Below are positions 40,101 through 53,890 of a DNA stretch of 64,000 nucleotides, in pieces. The stretch comes from Camelus dromedarius. Its lineage: Eukaryota. Where the stretch lies: contig NC_087436.1 of the NCBI RefSeq assembly GCF_036321535.1, forward strand, positions 66,280,001-66,344,000, written 5' to 3'. A program made the position numbers and the translations under genes. Position 1 is the stretch's first letter; each line of letters starts with the position of its first letter. The notes beneath the pieces are model-generated. The model did no database searches and was not told the origin of the DNA. It worked only from the letters and a program-made list of their open reading frames with translations.

Positions 40101-40629
40101 TTATTATAATGATTAAAGAGGATATTGCTTTAATGGTGAGATCTTCATTTTCTCGGACACTATTACTGTTTTATTAATCTCAAATGTGCCTTATCTTAAG
40201 ACAGGAAAGAGTAATTTATAGAAGGATCCTTGGTAGAAGTTGAATGTTTGTTTGGCTTGGTTTTTGATTGACCTAGAAAAGCCAGTATGTCAAGAAGTTA
40301 AGTGTTTCTGGATCCAATAAACCAAGGAATCCAGATGCAGTTGCAGGCTTCTGCAGTTGCCATAGTTAGTTAATTTACAAGATAAGAAAGGGAATAGCAC
40401 AGAAACCTTAGCTATAATCGTACTGAAATCTTTTGCAAATGGAATGTTGCAAATTTTTCATTTTCCTTTGAATCTTTTGCTCACTCTATAATTTAGTAAA
40501 GATCTTAGCTTACTTTGTTGATTGGTTTCATTTTTCATTTTATTTAAATTATCATATTATCTTAGCTATGCTGAAAAAAACAAGATGGACCTTATATCCT
40601 TCATTTTTTTTCTTTTTAAAGAAATCTGA

Positions 40630-41520
40630 TTACTTATAGCATTTTTGATATATAATTCGCAAACTACAAAATTCACCCTTTTAAAGTAAAATTTACTGTT
40701 TTTTAGTATATTCACAAAGTTGTACTAACACCACTTCTGTCTTATTTTAGGGAGCTTTTTATCACCACAAAAAGAAATTTCATACACATTACCAGTCACT
40801 GCCCATTTTCCTTTCCCCCTAGACTCTGAAAACTATTAATCTATTTTTTGTCTTTTTTGATTTGCCTGTTTGGCACATTTTAAGTAAGTGAAATCATGCC
40901 ATATGTGGTCTTTTGTGACTGGCTTCCTTCATTAAATAATGGTTTCAAATGTCTTTCCTATTATCTATAGCATGCATCAGTACTTCATTCCTTTGTATTG
41001 CTAAAAAAAATTTCTATTGAATGTATATATCATTCTTTGTTTATTCATTCATCATTTTATGTTTTGTTTCCGCTTTTTGGCTACTATGAATAATGCTGCC
41101 TTGAATACTCATATACAAGATTTTGTAGAAATGTATTTTCATTTCTTTTTAGTATATAACTGTAAGTGGAAATGCTGTGTCATATGGTAACTCTTTTAAC
41201 ATTGTGAGAACAAAAATGTTTTCTATTATGGCTACAGCATTTTACTTTGCCAATAGTTTATGAATGTTCAATTTTCTCAACATTCTTGCCAACATTTGTT
41301 GTTACATGTCTTTTTGATTATAGCCATCCCAGTGTGTGTGCAATGGTATCTCACTGTGGCTTTGATTTGCATTCCTTTAATGAGTAATGACGTTGAACAT
41401 CCCTTCCTGGGCTTGTTGATCATCTATATGTCTTCTTTGCAGAGAATTTCTATTTACCAACTTGCCCATTTTTAACTGAGTTATCTCTTTTTTCATTGTT
41501 GATTTGTAGTATTGTTTTCA
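40630..41520 (-). mobile_element. L1MB-like LINE-1 3' end, antisense
   Basis: 'aaaattcacccttttaaagt', 'ttttgtgactggcttccttca', 'tatgaataatgctgc', 'ggtatctcactgtggctttgatttgcatt' (antisense ORF2 C-terminus). Confidence 0.9.
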
Positions 41521-41639
41521 GTAATTTTAATTGGTGTTGGGAGGGACAAGTTTGGTAGTAACAATACAAGTTGAAATTTAAAAATCACATATAAGGAAAT
41601 AAAATACATAGTGTGGCAAATAAATGCAGACATTAATTA

Positions 41640-42930
41640 ATTAGTTCAATAAATATTTATGGAATGCTTTCTACTTCCAAGATAATGATATAGGCACTGA
41701 GCTAACAGTGAAAATTTGCCTTACACACCTTACATAGTAGACAAATAAGGAAATAAATTAGCAGTATCTATTCTGTTACTGATAAGCTCCTAGAAGCAAA
41801 CAAAAAAGATGTCATGAGAGGGGGTATCTGAGTGGGCAGGAGAAACCTCACCGACAAGATGGCAAAGGTCTGAGACCCTAAGGTATCAGCCTTTTAAAGA
41901 GCCAGTGGAGACCATTTAGATACTGGCAACAGCAAAAAAAAGACACTCTCCCTACAGAAGTATTAGGCAGTTAGATAGAAACGAGCATCAGCTAAGGGGA
42001 GAGGAAGGGGAGAGAGAAACCCAGAAAATAACAGTACACCTGCACTCAGGATAAGGGGCTCCAAAAATGTTTACTTTCACTAAATGAGGGCCAGCAAAGA
42101 AGTTGGCTAGAATTGAACGCAGTGGCTGCACAGTAGAGAGAAGGAGCTGGCTTACTTGACCCAATGCTCATTATAGTATAATTAACATTGCAGTTTGAGC
42201 CCCCTCCTGTAGGTTTCTCTGTGTGCATCATGGGTAAAAATGTGTAAAAAGAGATAGGCGTGCCTGAGCACAAGGAATATGAGCTGTCAATCACCAAAAC
42301 TCCCCCTAAACCCGGATATAAAAACAGGAAAAACAAAGGAGTAGCGCCATTTTCCTCTCTTGGATTGGCCCGCTCCCAGTTCTCAGGGGTGTACTATATT
42401 TTACTGCCTTTTACTTCACTAATAAAATCTATTTATATCACGCTCTCCATCTCCTGTTAGAAATTCATTTTTTTTCAGGTGACTAAGAACCAAGATAACT
42501 TATTCCTCTCCTCTCAGTAACAAAAGTATTGGGGAATTTAGAAAGAAAAATAAGACCAGTGTGGCTGGAGCATAGTAAGGAATAGAGAAAATAAAGTAGG
42601 CAACAGAAGATCACATAGTACCTTGTGTGCTGTGGTTAGGAATTTAGATTTTCTTCTAAATGGCATGAGAAACCATTAAGAGGTTTTAAACAGGGGTGTG
42701 CAAGATCTAATTTTCCTTGTGAAAAGATCACCTATTTGGTAAATGGTTAAGAGAAAGCAGAAGTAGATGCATAGAGGTCATGTAGGAGGATATACAACAG
42801 TCAAAGAGAAAGATGTTGCCTTGAACTTTGTTGGTGATGGTAGTGATGTAACAATGTGGGCAGATTTGGAAGCTATTTTGGAAATAGAGCTAATGAAGTT
42901 GCTGGCTAATGAGGGGAATGCCATGAGTGG
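41640..42930 (-). mobile_element. L2 (antisense), split by an ERV LTR
   Basis: 'ttcaataaatatttatggaatgc' (L2 tail, reverse complement); 'gaccagtgtggctggagcatag', 'gaaaccattaagaggttttaaacaggg'. Confidence 0.75.
41961..42522 (+). mobile_element. ERV1-class solo LTR
   Basis: Ends tattag.../...gtaaca, TSD gaag/aaag, TATAAAAA at 42317-42324, AATAAA at 42421-42426. Confidence 0.85.
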
Positions 42931-44656
42931 TGAAGAAAATGGAAGAACTCTAGTTGATACCAATTTATATAACTTAGAACTTTTATCTTTTAAAATAATA
43001 TCATATCTTTTTATCTGGGTAAATAATTATTGATGCCATTTACTTAACCAGGGGAAAGAAGACAATGAATGTTAATAACTAGTAGGAAGGTGATCTTCTT
43101 CCATGAAACTGTTTCAATCAAAAGCCCAAAAGGAATCCAAAATGGAAGCCTCCTGATATCTGGCATAGGCAAAAATATTCTAGGCTGGACTCTTCTTTCA
43201 CAAATGTTGAGTTTATAGTTCTTTTTTGCATCCAACTAACTATAACTCACCCAAGAAAGTAAAAATGATTCACCTCAGAGCATGTGATAATCAGCAAGAC
43301 ATGTGTAAATGTTTACTTAAACAATACTTGAGTTGGATAGCAGCCAGATTGATGTAGACACTCTGTCCATAATTACTAGATGTTAAAGCCTCCTGGACTG
43401 GTTTCCTATCCAAAGTGCTACTGGACAAATAGCATGGTGAAAGATTAAGGGCAAGGATGTGTTGTTTTCCCTAAATCTTTGATTTCTTTGTCATCCTAAT
43501 CCCACCTGTGACACCAGGTAGTATGACAAATATCAGCGACCAAGTTCAGACTTACTCACGTGTCAAGGAGTGGCTAAGATCAGGAATAGCTGTATTTACT
43601 TAATTTTCATCTGGTCCTTACTTGCTAGTGGTTGGAGGAGAAATTTTATCATGCCAAGTGTCAGAAATATTCAACAATGGTTGTTGCAGTCACCAGGACA
43701 AGAGCTCTGGAACCTTGGTTACTTTATCACCACACTAGCCACTGAATCTTTTTATTGGATATATTCCTGGTGACAAATGCTTAAAACATCATTTGATGAC
43801 AGGAAGTGGGCTGTGCAGAGTCTGCTGAAGCTACAATAAACTGGAGTATATGCATTTGCTGATGGGTAGAAAGTGTGCTTGTTTTAAAGATACTTTTTTA
43901 TTAAAATTAATTAATCTCCTCAGGGTTTTTAAATTTCTTTTCTATCAAACCCATGAGAAATAGAACAAACCCTCATAGCCTGAAAGGGAGAAAGTTGATC
44001 AAATACAAGATTTAGATCTAATTCTGTAATAGCTGAATCATTAATACATTATAAAGTTTTAAGAATAAAAGAGAAAAAGTGTTTGAAACCTAGTTCAAAG
44101 TATCCTGTCACTGTGTTCTAATCCTACTTTAGACATGGGGATTGATTAAATGACTGGATATACCTAAATTGCCAGTATACAATTTGCCCAATGTTTCCAT
44201 GGTGCTTCTTTATTCTTCCTTGGATACTGTCACCCATTATGAATACTACAGATAATCCAGCCCTTATTTCTTTTTTTTTTTCAAGTTTAGCAATCTTTAA
44301 TTCAAATATGGAGTCCAATACAAGCCATTCGTAGGGCTTGGGACTTGTTCTTTATGAAACAAGAATGGAAGAATGCAACAAAATGATCTTTCCACTTTTT
44401 CTTAAGAAACTTTGAAGGAAAGGCCTTATTTCTGAGTTGAGTTGAGCTTAGTAGCTATCAGGCCACATGTTCAGATATAGATATTCAAGCATTAAATTAA
44501 AAAAATACACTTGAGAAAATAGAAAGGGTAATTGGCTTTCTTAAGTATCTTTATGTTCACTCTATTTTATTAATTTGTTGCTAAGAAGATAGTGTATTTG
44601 CCAATGTTTTGTTGTTGTTATTGTCGTTGTTGTCATAAGCCACAGAAGCCTTGTAC

Positions 44657-44696
44657 GTACATACATACATACATACATACATACATACATACATAC
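44657..44696. repeat. (TACA)n tetranucleotide microsatellite
   Basis: About 9-10 perfect units. Confidence 0.97.
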
Positions 44697-44699
44697 TGG

Positions 44700-45540
44700 T
44701 CTGTGTAGTTGGGACCTACTAACTCAGATAACTAAGCTGTGGGAAAGGCAGCATTACCTAGGTTCAGAGGCTTGAATACCATCAGGATTCTATCTTTTGA
44801 TCTTGTTTCTTTCTATATATTGACTCCACTTGCTTCTGTTGTAGTTTTGTCTATTTGATAGGGATATATGCAATAAAGATGTAGTGATGGTGAGAGGAAA
44901 CACATGGCTAGTGGAAACTGACTATTATAATCCTATGATTTAACTATTAAAACTGAAAAAGTAGGGGTGGTAAGTGGGCAAATTGGGTGAAGGAAGTCAA
45001 AATGAAGAAACTTCTAGTTATAAAATAAATATCATGGGGATGTAATGTTCAGCATGGTGACTACAGTTAATAATTCTGTATTGCATATTTGAAAGTTGCT
45101 AGGAGGGTAAATTTTAAAAGTTCTCATGACAAGCAAAAATTATGTAACTATACATGGTGATAATGTTAACTAGATTTATTGTGGTGACAACTTCACAATA
45201 CATACAAGTTTTGAATCTTTATGTTGTACACCCAAAAGTAATTATCTCAATAAAAATGTAAAATTAAGAAAACTGAAATGGTCATTTTGAAAAGCTCCAC
45301 TTAAAATAATCCTGAGATAGGACTTTAATTTACCCCCCTTGTTCGCAGCCCTTGGAATTCTGGTGGCAAACTGTGTGAAATATCAAGACTGACTTTTGTT
45401 TGGGTCAAGTGCCTACAAATCACACCTCATCATAAGATGAAGAAAAAATGAAATCATGTAGGGAGTTATCAGCTCTTCTCTGTCAAACATAATAAAAGAA
45501 TGGGGGAAAGATAGTTTCCCCAAAGAAAAGAAGCTAGGGT
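44700..45540 (-). mobile_element. Old MaLR (MLT1J/K-like) fragments flanking an L1 insert
   Basis: 'tttgggtcaagtgccta', 'gggggaaagatagtttccccaaagaaaa'. Confidence 0.45.
44959..45268 (+). mobile_element. L1 3' UTR (L1MA9/10-like) with a 10-bp TSD
   Basis: 'ggggatgtaatgttcagcatggtgactacagttaataa', 'gaaagttgctaggag', 'ctcaataaaaa'; TSD aaaactgaaa at 44949-44958 and 45269-45278. Confidence 0.85.
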
Positions 45541-45989
45541 TTCCGCAACATGGGTTGTTGTTACTGGAGATGTTGTGCTGTTACTGGAGCACAAGGAGTT
45601 GGGAAATTAAAATAATAAATATTCAGCACACAAATGGCTGCCTATAAGCAATGAAGAAAATATACTGATGAACTCATAGAAGTTGAACACTTCAAGAGCA
45701 TATAGTGCAAACCAAGAAAGATGGAAGGAAGGAAGGCAAGCAGGAAGGGAAGAAGGGAAGGGAAGAAGGGTTGGAAAAATGGCTAAATTAGACTTCTTTC
45801 TCACAAGTATTAGTCACTTATGTTATTAAATAGTAAATATTGCCAACATTTTATGTACTTCTCAAAATATAAAGTCATTGAATTTGCTTGGAAAAATATT
45901 TGCTTTTGTTGTGTCTGAGATACCTAAAGAAATTCTGTGAAAGCCAAAAAATTTTTTCATACCTACATTTAATTTGAAGCTTCTAAATT

Positions 45990-46140
45990 TGTTTGAATAT
46001 ACTAATTAATTACACTCTCCACAGTCTTTTTGGAAAGTGGAAGATAACTGTATTTCTCCTTTACAGATGGATGAGCTAGAAGCAGAGAGCTTAAGTGACT
46101 TTGTAAAAAAAAAAAAAACTATAGTGATTCAAGTGTAGAA
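45990..46140 (-). mobile_element. MIR fragment
   Basis: 'tctcctttacagatggatgagctagaagcagagagcttaagtgactt'. Confidence 0.7.
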
Positions 46141-47189
46141 GCAGGCATTGCCGGTGAGGATGGACACTTGCCTGTTCCTTTAACCATCCGGCTAACTACC
46201 ACTCCTTCAGTAGAAAGGCTAGTGATCCGTGACCTCTATTTCTTGCCATTTAATTACCTGGAATCAAATTGGACTCTGAGACCAATTGCCTTCTGAATTC
46301 ATTTTTAAAAGCCCATATTTGAGATGTTTTACAAAAATCTGAATCAAGTATTAGAAAATTCTGTGTTATATGTGGGGTAAATCTGTGTCATTAAGAGGAT
46401 CAAAGTTCAGGTAATAAATGAAAGAAAATCTGCACTTGAAAATGTATGACTGTCCTGAAATTGTCCTGAAATCCATAAAGTAAAACCTGTTTCTTTAAAA
46501 ACAAAAACAAACAAACAAACAAACAAAAAAACCTCCTGGAAAGGAAAACTGTTAGGCACATAAGAAGTGCTTTAAAGGTATTTACGCAAAAGTAAACTTT
46601 AAATGAACTCTCTATAAAACCACTGCTGCAAAAGCAGACTTGTAAATCAGATCAGCATTGAACAAGAACAACAAATGTATGTGTCAATACTGCAGTCGGA
46701 GGACTGAGTTTACAGCTCCACCTTGAAACTGTAGGATATGGTAGAATGGTAGCCAGAGGAATGGAAAACTCTAGAGAAAACAGTTACAGACTGTTGCATT
46801 GGGAACATAAGATAATAAGATATACAAATCATTGATTTAGGATTGATTCTTAACTCCAAAAATTTAAAGAAATTATTTTTATTTAAAAAGAGAAAAAAGA
46901 AGTTCATTAATTCCTATTTTCTGATCATGAAGAATATTTTTGTTCATTTTCAACCAAGATGTTACCAATACTCCATAAAATTTATGTTTATGGAAATGCC
47001 CACAAACACATGCTGGTTAAAAATCCTAAACATGACTTTACACTTTAGCACCTTCCACTATATATGCAATGGTAGCAATTACATATGAAAGCATCATTAG
47101 ACACTTAAAATGTAATTTGATTTTGGTTTAACATAAGCATGATTTTTTATGTCATTGAGTTGCAAAAAGAATTGATTTTGAAATTAAAA

Positions 47190-48210
47190 CTAAAACACCT
47201 GTGTTCAAATTTACAAACTGCCTGTTGCTAGCTATGTCATCTTGAGCAATTTTGTGAACATCTCTGAGCCAAAGTTTTCTCATATGTAATATAATTTTAA
47301 AAACGTTATTTTTATGAAAATTGAGCAAGAAAATATATGTAAATTGCTGCCATAATGCATTGACATATAGTAAGCTTTCATCACTCCTGGTTTTAGTCAT
47401 CACAACTGCTTTTAATTGGCTTTGCTCATATCCAGAAAAAGTACATGGTACCACCTCAGTAAATTCCCTAAAATATTGTGTAGTTACACCCACAGTCTGT
47501 TATGTAGAACTTGAATAATATCCAATATCCCTTTTTTATTAAAAAACATGGATTCATAAACATATTTTTTCTCATCTCAAAGGAAGGTAAGGGACTCCAG
47601 AAGATATGTCTTGTTACCAGAAGAAGTTCTAGGACAAAATTGTTTTGGCTTGGACTTCAACAGTATGAATTTGAATTCCATAATCGTTCCCTCTCTGATG
47701 AAACAGCTTCCATTTTGTGCTTTTCAATTTTTCTGCATATCATCATTATAATGAAGAGGGTAATAATAGTGTCTGAGAAAGATACTACAAGTTTCTGGCA
47801 CATGAAATGTTTAAGCACATGGAAAGTTTCTAAAACAGTTTAGCTATATGTACAAAATAGGGTAGTAATACTAATCATGCTCCAGAAGTCTGTTACAATG
47901 TTGCAGCTGTTATTTTCTTAAATGCTTAACTTTAAAAAGTAGATCTTAGTGTGGGATACCATAGGAAAGAGCACAGGTTCTAGAGATAAAATGGGTTCTG
48001 GGTTTAGATCTCAGCCTTGTTGCCTATCAGCTATAGTGTTTTATTTTAAAATATTTTAAAACTTTAACCTGTATTTCTCATTTCCAGAAGGATGATGGTA
48101 TTAATCATACCTAATTTATACATCTATTGCACACATTAAGTGAAATAATAAATGGAAGGCATAATTATAATATCTGATCCACAGTAAATTTTCAAAAAAC
48201 AGCTATTACT
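47190..48210 (+). mobile_element. Cluster of three MIR copies (about 47190-47370, 47640-47850, 47960-48210)
   Basis: Each has core motifs such as 'ctagctatgtcatcttgagcaa...ctctgagcc', 'tttctgcatat...taatagt' and 'tttctcatttcc...attaagtgaaataat'. Confidence 0.7.
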
Positions 48211-48954
48211 TTTACTTAGTTAATACTTTCAAAAAATCATAGTCTATAATTTAGCTAAAGAAAGTATCTTGGCTTCCTGTTGTTTCCTGAATCAAATTTA
48301 AACATTGGTCCCTAGATTTAAAGGTCCTCCATAACCTGCTTTCAATATAGCCTTTCATACTTATAGCTCTTCTTTTGGGTGTTCTCTTCTGTATATTAGT
48401 GTCTACTACAAGTATATAGATATCCTTACCATCTCCCCACCGGTTAATTATGCCCTATTTATTGCTACTTCTAACTCTGTAGTATACATTCAAGGCCAAC
48501 TTGACATTCGATCTCATTAACAAAATCTATTGAGATCATATGATCCTTGAGTTGGTTTCTTTGTCTACTTCTTTCCTAATCACATATTTTACATATTTGC
48601 CATCTTTTTATGCCTCCCTTTTACCAATAAATCTTTCAAAAGGATACTTTATCAAATTTAAATTAATTAATTTTTGGTCTAATTTACTTAATTGTAACCC
48701 TCCCATAGGAGATTTTAAGCCTTGGAGGATAGAGACACAGATTTTAATCATGGTGAAGCTCATATAACCAAGGATAGAGCTAGTTGCAGAGTGACTGCAT
48801 TAATGAAATAATGGTGTGTTCCACCACAATTGGAATATCTCAACCAGAGGTTTCCTCAAAGAAACATTATCTAATATTCTATTTCCATAAAAATATAGAA
48901 ATCCAACACTCTACTAGATGATTATAGCACTTTTAGTTATAAGAATTATGGAGG

Positions 48955-49300
48955 ATTTTATCATAAAAGAATATTAAATTTTGTCAAATGCTTTTTCTCT
49001 ATTAAGATGATCATGGGATTTTTATCCTTCACTCTATTAATGTGGTGTCTCACATTTGTTGATTTGTGTATGTTGAAACATCCTTGTATCCCAGTGATAA
49101 ATCTCACTTGATCATGGTGTATGATCTTTTTGCTGTGTTGCTAAATTCAGTTTGCTAGTGTTTTGTTGACAACTTTGCATAAATCATGGATGTTGGCCTG
49201 TAATTATCTTTTCTTATAGTGTCCCCTGCCTTTGGTATCAAGGTGATGCTGGTCTTTTAAAATGAGTTTGGGAGTATTCTGTCCTCTTCAATTTGGGGGA
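48955..49300 (-). mobile_element. Isolated L1 ORF2 reverse-transcriptase-domain fragment
   Basis: Reverse strand resembles PNSF..ITLIPK..NYRP..NKTLAN.IQQH..IIHHDQV.FI.G.QG.FNI.KS..HINR.KDKN.MII..EKAFDKI. Confidence 0.9.
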
Positions 49301-50749
49301 AAATATTTTTCCCCAGTTATCACTGATATCTGAGAATGAGGCTTACCTTCAAGTTTTTCCTAGACAGAGGCAAAAGTTTGAGCAACACTAATATAAAAGA
49401 AAATATCTATAACCAATTATATTTGTATTTCAGGAGAATTTGTATTTAAAGGAAAACTTAATGTGAGAAGGGAAATTATTAAAGATCTGATTTAATGGAG
49501 TTAGAGAACTTTTACATTGGCGTTTAATGCCACAACTCATATTTCTCTATGCAGGTCTAATCTGTATTTGTGTGAAGCTGTTTGGGATCTATATGGGAAT
49601 TATATCCTTGAGATGTTTCCAAATGAGTACAGTTAGATAGGGAAATATTTTATAATAAACTGTACAAAAGCAAAGCTTTTAATATTTTTCTAGTATTAAG
49701 TGTTTAATATAATTAAGATATCTAAGTCTGCCCAAATTTGGTAATGAGAGAAATCCAAAATAGAATTATTATGATTTCATGTTGAATGCTGAAAACAAGT
49801 GATGATATTTTCTGTCTCTCTTATTAATAGATACAACAATTTTCTAGATGCCTTTCAATATTTTTCTAAAGAATTGTACTACAAAGTCAGTTTCAGTCTG
49901 TGGTTAATGTGTTTTCAATAGTTCTTTTCATTACAGATACAGGAAACATCATTTGTTTTCAAAAAGAGGAGGGTACTTAGGAAGAAAAATAGTCAATAAG
50001 TGAAAAAGAAAAATATTTGTAAAGTTGCTGAAAGTAGTTTAAAATAATCTAAAGTGAAATTATATTTTTCAAACCTACTTAAACTAATGCCAGTTTAGAT
50101 AAAGTCACTAGTTTATGGACATTGTTTGTCAATAGATCAATGGTGTATAATGTTACCTAGACAAATTCAGTCATTGCCATCTGCATGTTTTCAGAGCATT
50201 TTGCAGTCAGTTGTACAGGTATCTTTGTTTAGAAGTAGACAGAGTTTCTATAAACTCTAAGAAATTTATCCAAGTAGGACTAAGTGATATGTTTATCTTT
50301 AATAAAGTGAAAATTAAAGGGAATGGATATTTTAAATTGTTCCTTCAATTAATCAAACAAAATGAATGAGGGATAACTCATAAGAGCTATGAGAAGATGA
50401 CTTCAAAATAAAATCTAATGTGTAAAACTATGGTATGATTGATATTTGTAGAAAATATCGTTTCACTTTTATGGTCTTTTTGATTAAAACTTATGTTTTT
50501 AACTGTTTTGAAATTTTAGACAAAGACTGATATGACATAGCCAACCTACACTGAATAAGTACGAAAACATTCCAAATGTACATGGTAGTCTTTTAAGAAG
50601 TACAACTGTAATTTTTAAGACAAATCATATATAGCATTGCTTCATTTGCTCACCATGTTTTTATTGGGCTATTTTGATTTGCCATTGTATCCTTTGAAGG
50701 CAGATGATGAAAACAGATAAATGAAGAGATATATGGAAAAATTATATTT

Positions 50750-53450
50750 GTTCATTCATTCATTTCTGTTTTCATTTATCAAAAATGATGACTGTTACTA
50801 TTAGATAATACTCTAGGCCAGGAATACCGACTAAGTCGTTTCAATCACAGAACTGATATTCTAGAGGCAGGGATGGGGACAGACAACAAACACAGTAAGA
50901 AAAATATATGTTAGGTAGTAATAATTTTCACAGAGATAAAGAAAAATAAAAAGGGGGACAGTGACAATTGTCAAAGTATAAAGTGACAAGGGAAGACCTT
51001 ACTGAAAAGTGGACATTTAATAAAGACTGAAGGTGAGTAAGTAAGTCACATAGTTATAGAATCATAGTACTCAAGAAATAAGAGAAGGAAACTGTCAACA
51101 TTCTGAGAAAGGAGTAACAGCTATGTGAGAACAAGAAGTGCAACTTGTGCAGAGTGAGCCACGAGGAATGTAATAGAAGATGTCAAAGATGTGAATGGGT
51201 AACCAAAATATGTACTGGTTTCTGCTTTTACCCCAAGTGAGATACAAAACTGTTGGAGAGTTCAGAGCACAGAAGTGACATGATTTAACCTTCTACTTAA
51301 CAAGATTACTTAGACTTCTGTCTAAAATATATTGGAGGGAAGCATGGATAAAAACAGAGAGGTTGTAAGTGGACTCTTACAATAATTTAAGCTATACAAA
51401 GTTGTGTTTTGGACCAGCATAATAGCTGTTTAGAAAATGAGAAGTGGTTATATATGGAATATATTTTCAGTGTAGAACTGCCAAGATTTACTGATAATTA
51501 GTTGTGAAATATGAAAGATAGCTGAAGAATGAATCTGAGATTTGGGGCCAAGGAATTGAAATGTTGGAGTTGTAACTGAGATGAATATGACTGTGGGAGG
51601 AGGTTGGACATTGGGGTCTGGGGTGAGGAGAGGGATCCAGATTAAATTTTGGAGAGGTTCGTTTTGAGATATCTACTAGACACTCAAGATAGATGCTGTG
51701 GAGGCAGTTTGAAATAGCTATCTGTTGTTCAGACAAGAGGTCCTGAGAGTTATACATTTGAGAATCACCATCATTTAGTCTACTTAAAGTTATGTAAGTG
51801 CATGAGATCACACAAGAGAAGATCAGTTAAGCAACATTAAATTAAAAAGAGGTCCAAGTACTAAGAACTATAGTAGTCCAGCATAGAAAAGTCCTATTTA
51901 TGAAGATGGACCTGCAAAGGAAACTCAAAAATAAGTGACCAGTGAGGTGGGAGGAAAACAGAAGAGTGTGAGTTTGGACATGAAGGCAGTGTCTCCAAGA
52001 TAAGATAGTGAAGTGTGACAAATGCTATCTCAAGTAGGGCTCAAGTCAGAAGGCTCAGCCTTGATTATTGGATTTAGTAAACGCATCTTATCAGTGATTA
52101 GAAGAAAGCTATTTTGTAGAGCAGTTTGGGCAAAAGCCTGACTGGAAAATGTACACTGGGTTGGGGAAAAAGCAATTCAAAACCATGAACATTAACAGAC
52201 ATTTCAAAGAGTCTTCTTCTAAAGCAAGATTTCTTAACCTTTAAATAGTAACTTATAGGAAAAGTCTAATATCCTAATTTCAAAGGGGTGGTGAGTGTGA
52301 AGGATATTTGTGATGTTACAGTAGTGTAACATGATTAAAAATGTTTAGTTAGAGCTAATATTGTTTATGGTAGATTGTCAAGATACATAATTAAAGGACA
52401 TTATGCTTCAGTCACTTAAAGATCAAGTATTTTTTTTCTTTTTTATCCATGAAGATTGACCTCATGAATTCCATCCACACTACTCTTGCATGAATGCTGT
52501 ATTGAGATTTTCTGCTCTAATGGGAAATTGAGTAATATCTGGAGAATGAATCCTCCAGGCAAGATTTTTGCCTCTTTTCTTTCTGAAGAGAATATTACAG
52601 CATAGATAGGAAAGACCAAATTTAAAGAATGATAAAATTCAGAACAAAACCCACTGATTTGTGAGAAAGCAGTGAGAACTGTTGGAACTTTATCCTTGAG
52701 TAGAAAAGGGGAGTTAGAATAGGGTATTCAAGTAGAGGAGTCATGAACAGTAATAATAGGAAAAATATCCAAGAAAGTGGGCAAAGATGCAGGCTAGTGA
52801 GAGTGTATAGAAATTCTCTTCTGATTTAGTCAGTTTTCCCTGTGAAACAGGAAGCAAGACAAATAGTGAAGAGTGGAGACTGAAGAGGGGTTGTCGGAGA
52901 TTTGAAGAGAGAGGACAATAAAAACTCCTCCCAGAGCCATAGAAGAGTGAAAGGACTAAAGGAATCTAATGTATCGGTCTTAATGAATTTAAGATGAGAA
53001 AAATCTTCAGGTTTCTATGTTTTTCTTCAGCTAACTTAGGCTTTATGGAAGTCACTGTGGAATAGTTGAAGAATTGGATTTGACTGTTTATTTGCAACCC
53101 TCATTCAGTAATTCATTAAAGAAATACTCAGTGAATACCTACCATATGCTGGTAATTCTTCTAAACACTGGTCATACTGTTGTAAACAAGGTGTTGAAGG
53201 CTTTGCTTTTGCAGAGCTTGTAAACTGTGGAAAAGAAAAATAATCAAAGAACAACTTAAAAGTGTGATGATAGGAACCTTATGGGAAAGTAAGTCTTTAC
53301 CTACTTTAAGAATGTAGTTTTCACCTACAGAGTAATAATGTAAACTCATTGAAGGGTTATGGAATACATCCCTGAGGAAATTATGCGCTTTCTAAGACCG
53401 AAAGATTACATAGTCGTTTTGGATAAAGATAGAGTATCACTAAACAAGTA
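50750..53450 (-). mobile_element. Long L2 (antisense), fragmented; a second L2 tail starts at about 53100
   Basis: Starts 'ttcattcattcat'; typical L2 blocks 'gagcacagaagtgacatgatt', 'gttttgagatatctactagacactcaag', 'atacatttgagaatcaccatcat'. Confidence 0.85.
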
Positions 53451-53890
53451 CAGGCAAAAATACAATTTGCTGGTTTATTTTTAATTTCCGTCTGAAAATT
53501 AACATATCAAATCTTTTAATCTAGCCAAATATGACATTTGACATTATTATTTTAATAATTTATATAGAAGTATGATGTCTTCCATTTAATATTTATTTCC
53601 ATGCAGTAACTCACATGTACAACCAATTATTTGTATCTACTTTTAAGTTGTCACATTGGCTTTTTATATATTCACCCCCTTCCAAAAATAAAACTTCTTA
53701 GGCTCTGGGGATGAGCAGGGCCAAGTTTATGTTTCTGTGGGGTTTATGGTTCCATGTAATAAAGTGACTCATGATTTATTTCCTACAGAAAATTTATCAA
53801 AGTTTTTATCTTACTTATTTGACATTTACTATGCTTACTAATTTACTAATTACCTATTGCCTGCCTCGTCCTAAGAAAATGTAAAGAACA

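Noticed and set aside
41260..41475. Hydrophobic 71-aa ORF
   Set aside because: Antisense reading of L1 ORF2
49937..49972. 36-nt plus-strand exon candidate
   Set aside because: Weak donor (GG|gtactt), no other support
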